Shown piece by piece: positions 41,651-42,798 of a DNA stretch of 42,798 bases. The stretch spans positions 1-42,798 of IMG/VR virus record IMGVR_UViG_3300045988_177667; one strand, 5' to 3'. How positions within the stretch are numbered: the stretch's first letter is position 1; each line of letters starts with the position of its first letter. The notes under the pieces are model-generated. The model was not told where the DNA came from. It did not search any database and was given only the letters and a program-made list of their open reading frames with translations. This DNA is from a virus. The position numbers and the translations under genes are program-made.

Positions 41651-41766
41651 ATGATGAACACACGACGATGATGTGATGCATGACATGCATACCAATACCA
41701 TGCACCATGCATGGTGCCAACGCACGCCACAAGGCAATCGCATAACGCACAAACGCACAAACGCAT

Positions 41767-41811
41767 AAAAATGCATAAAAACAAAAGAAATGTTACAAAA
41801 ACATGCAAAAA
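41767..41811. other. Phased A-tracts (predicted intrinsically bent DNA)
   Basis: A5 runs begin at 41767, 41777, 41797 and 41807, with A4/A3 runs at 41783 and 41788. This gives a 10-bp phasing. Confidence 0.5.
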
Positions 41812-42044
41812 CATTCAAGGCACAATCCAACGATGGCGTTCAAAAAAACCATGGCAACAAAACGAGACGAACAAAAAGGGGGCCCCAAACCCGTAAGGGA
41901 TCCCTTAAAGTAGGACCCGCATCACAAAACAAGACAGGGAACGGAACAAACGAGACGCACACCACACAATTTATGTGATGGGGGCCACTCCCCCTCCCCC
42001 ATCCGGCCGCGAACACCCCGAAGGTCTGCCCATCCCTCCCTGCT

Positions 42045-42171
42045 TGTGGAAAACCCTGTGGATAACTCCAGTAACCCATGCCACAATGTGATCGCCATCA
42101 TGTGGAAAACTCCCAAACCTGTGGAAAACCCTGTGGATAACTTTCTAGCTTGTGGATAACCCTGTGGAAAA
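42045..42171 (-). promoter_or_regulatory. Cluster of seven co-oriented DnaA-box-like 9-mers (TTATCCACA x3 and TTTTCCACA x4 on the - strand)
   Basis: TGTGGATAA occurs at 42057, 42132 and 42151. TGTGGAAAA occurs at 42045, 42101, 42120 and 42163. Six of these form three 22-bp units with 12-bp box spacing. Confidence 0.6.
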
Positions 42172-42201
42172 CTCTTGCCGGACGTGACCAGTATCACCAC
42201 A

Positions 42202-42207
42202 TATAAT
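42202..42207 (+). promoter_or_regulatory. TATAAT -10 hexamer 7 nt upstream of the 42215 ATG (possible leaderless late transcript)
   Basis: The sequence is cacaTATAATaggaaacATG. No convincing -35 was found. The last DnaA box lies about 31 bp upstream. Confidence 0.35.
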
Positions 42208-42214
42208 AGGAAAC

Positions 42215-42496
42215 ATGACAACCCACACAAACACCACAATCACCATATACGAACCCAACAGCCCCGCACCCATCACAGACGCCACAAACACAGGCAACCC
42301 AACACTCATACGCCAAGCACTCGCACACAAAATCGCCACCGTCATAGACGACCCCAGAACAGGCGACACAGCACTCACAAAACTCACCGCACAACTCATA
42401 CAAATCACAGACCAACTCGCCACCACACAAAACGAAAACACACAAACACACACCCCCGACATTCCAAACGAAACACAAACCTGGGACGGCATCTAA
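42215..42496 (+). CDS. Candidate small terminase subunit (called by position only)
   Basis: A 93-aa Thr/Gln-rich ORF that ends 4 nt before the terL ATG. Confidence 0.35.
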   Translation: MTTHTNTTITIYEPNSPAPITDATNTGNPTLIRQALAHKIATVIDDPRTGDTALTKLTAQLIQITDQLATTQNENTQTHTPDIPNETQTWDGI

Positions 42497-42499
42497 AAA

Positions 42500-42798
42500 A
42501 TGAGCGAAAAACACCTAAGCGAAATCGCCGCCCACCTCACCCTCCCAGAAAACATCACACACACCGCCTGGCCACCAGTCCAACGCCGCCTCCAAGAAAT
42601 GCAATACCCCCTCGACATATGGCAGCAAGACTGGCTCAAAGCAATCCTCGCAAAAAGAAAAGACGGCCACTACGCCGCCAGCATCGACGGAATCCAAGCC
42701 AGCATCCCCAGACAGGTCGGCAAAACATACACAATCGGCGGCCTCACATTCGCACTCGCCACCCTCCACCCCAACTACTTCGTCCTCTGGACCGCACA
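42500..42798 (+). CDS. terL: Terminase large subunit, N-terminal part (continues at base 3 across the circular junction)
   Basis: ATG at 42500. The product reads MSEKHLSEIAAHL...ASIPRQVGKTYTIGG with a P-loop. The frame is open to the window end and is in phase with 3..1250 through the 55-bp overlap. Confidence 0.85.
   Translation, partial: MSEKHLSEIAAHLTLPENITHTAWPPVQRRLQEMQYPLDIWQQDWLKAILAKRKDGHYAASIDGIQASIPRQVGKTYTIGGLTFALATLHPNYFVLWTA
42744..42798. repeat. Second copy of the 55-bp terminal overlap
   Basis: Identical to bases 1..55. Confidence 0.95.

Noticed and set aside
1-42798. A search by eye for integrase, CI/Cro-type repressor, ParA/ParB, tRNA genes and CRISPR arrays.
   Set aside because: None was recognised. 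This negative result comes from visual inspection only and needs HMM and tRNAscan confirmation.

Overview
The window is a complete, circularly closed genome of a tailed dsDNA phage of siphovirus type. The first 55 bases are identical to the last 55, so the unique length is 42,743 bp. Gene content and frequent ATGA/GTGA start-stop overlaps suggest an actinobacterial host, but the host cannot be named from sequence alone.

Gene layout:
- Rightward late operon: a candidate small terminase (42215), then a large terminase that runs across the window junction (42500..42798 and 3..1250). These are followed by portal, MuF-like protein, scaffold, major capsid, head-tail joining genes and major tail protein.
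- The late operon continues with G/G-T tail chaperones that use a canonical GGGAAAC -1 slippery site. Next come a 1520-aa tape measure, minor tail and fibre genes, and a spherulin-4-like putative glycanase, ending at 18998.
- A leftward 4-kb module (23095 to 19075) carries a dCTP deaminase and a DUF3310 protein.
- A rightward lysis cassette (23301..26101) holds the endolysin, a moron-like membrane ORF and a holin.
- A long leftward early/replication-recombination operon (38575 to 26201) encodes RuvC-like, DUF669-like, Sak4-like ATPase, RecB/Cas4-like nuclease, SNF2 helicase, primase-like and DUF3987-like helicase proteins plus many small ORFs.
- A roughly 3-kb region (39200..42214) is almost entirely non-coding. 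Its only convincing gene is an HNH endonuclease.

Main findings:
1. Three perfect copies of the chromosomal ParB-binding palindrome TGTTTCACGTGAAACA (parS) sit exactly in the two convergent-transcription gaps (19000; 26161 and 26184). They are fused to a family of AACATT...AATGTT terminator hairpins. I could not recognise any phage parA, parB, integrase or repressor.
2. Seven co-oriented DnaA-box motifs (three perfect TGTGGATAA and four TGTGGAAAA) lie within 127 bp immediately upstream of the packaging genes. Upstream of them are a GATC/TGATCAA iteron-like array, palindromes and 10-bp-phased A-tracts.
3. Two roughly 57-60-nt hairpins flank the HNH gene. They share a conserved core and have compensatory changes in the outer stem, and each is followed by a polypurine tract.
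4. A region-specific, coding-strand-independent A+C enrichment (T depletion) of the + strand runs from about 30.9 kb across the junction to about 1.1 kb. It ends abruptly inside the 3' end of terL.

Functional interpretations of these sites are inference only. All calls were made by eye, without database searches.
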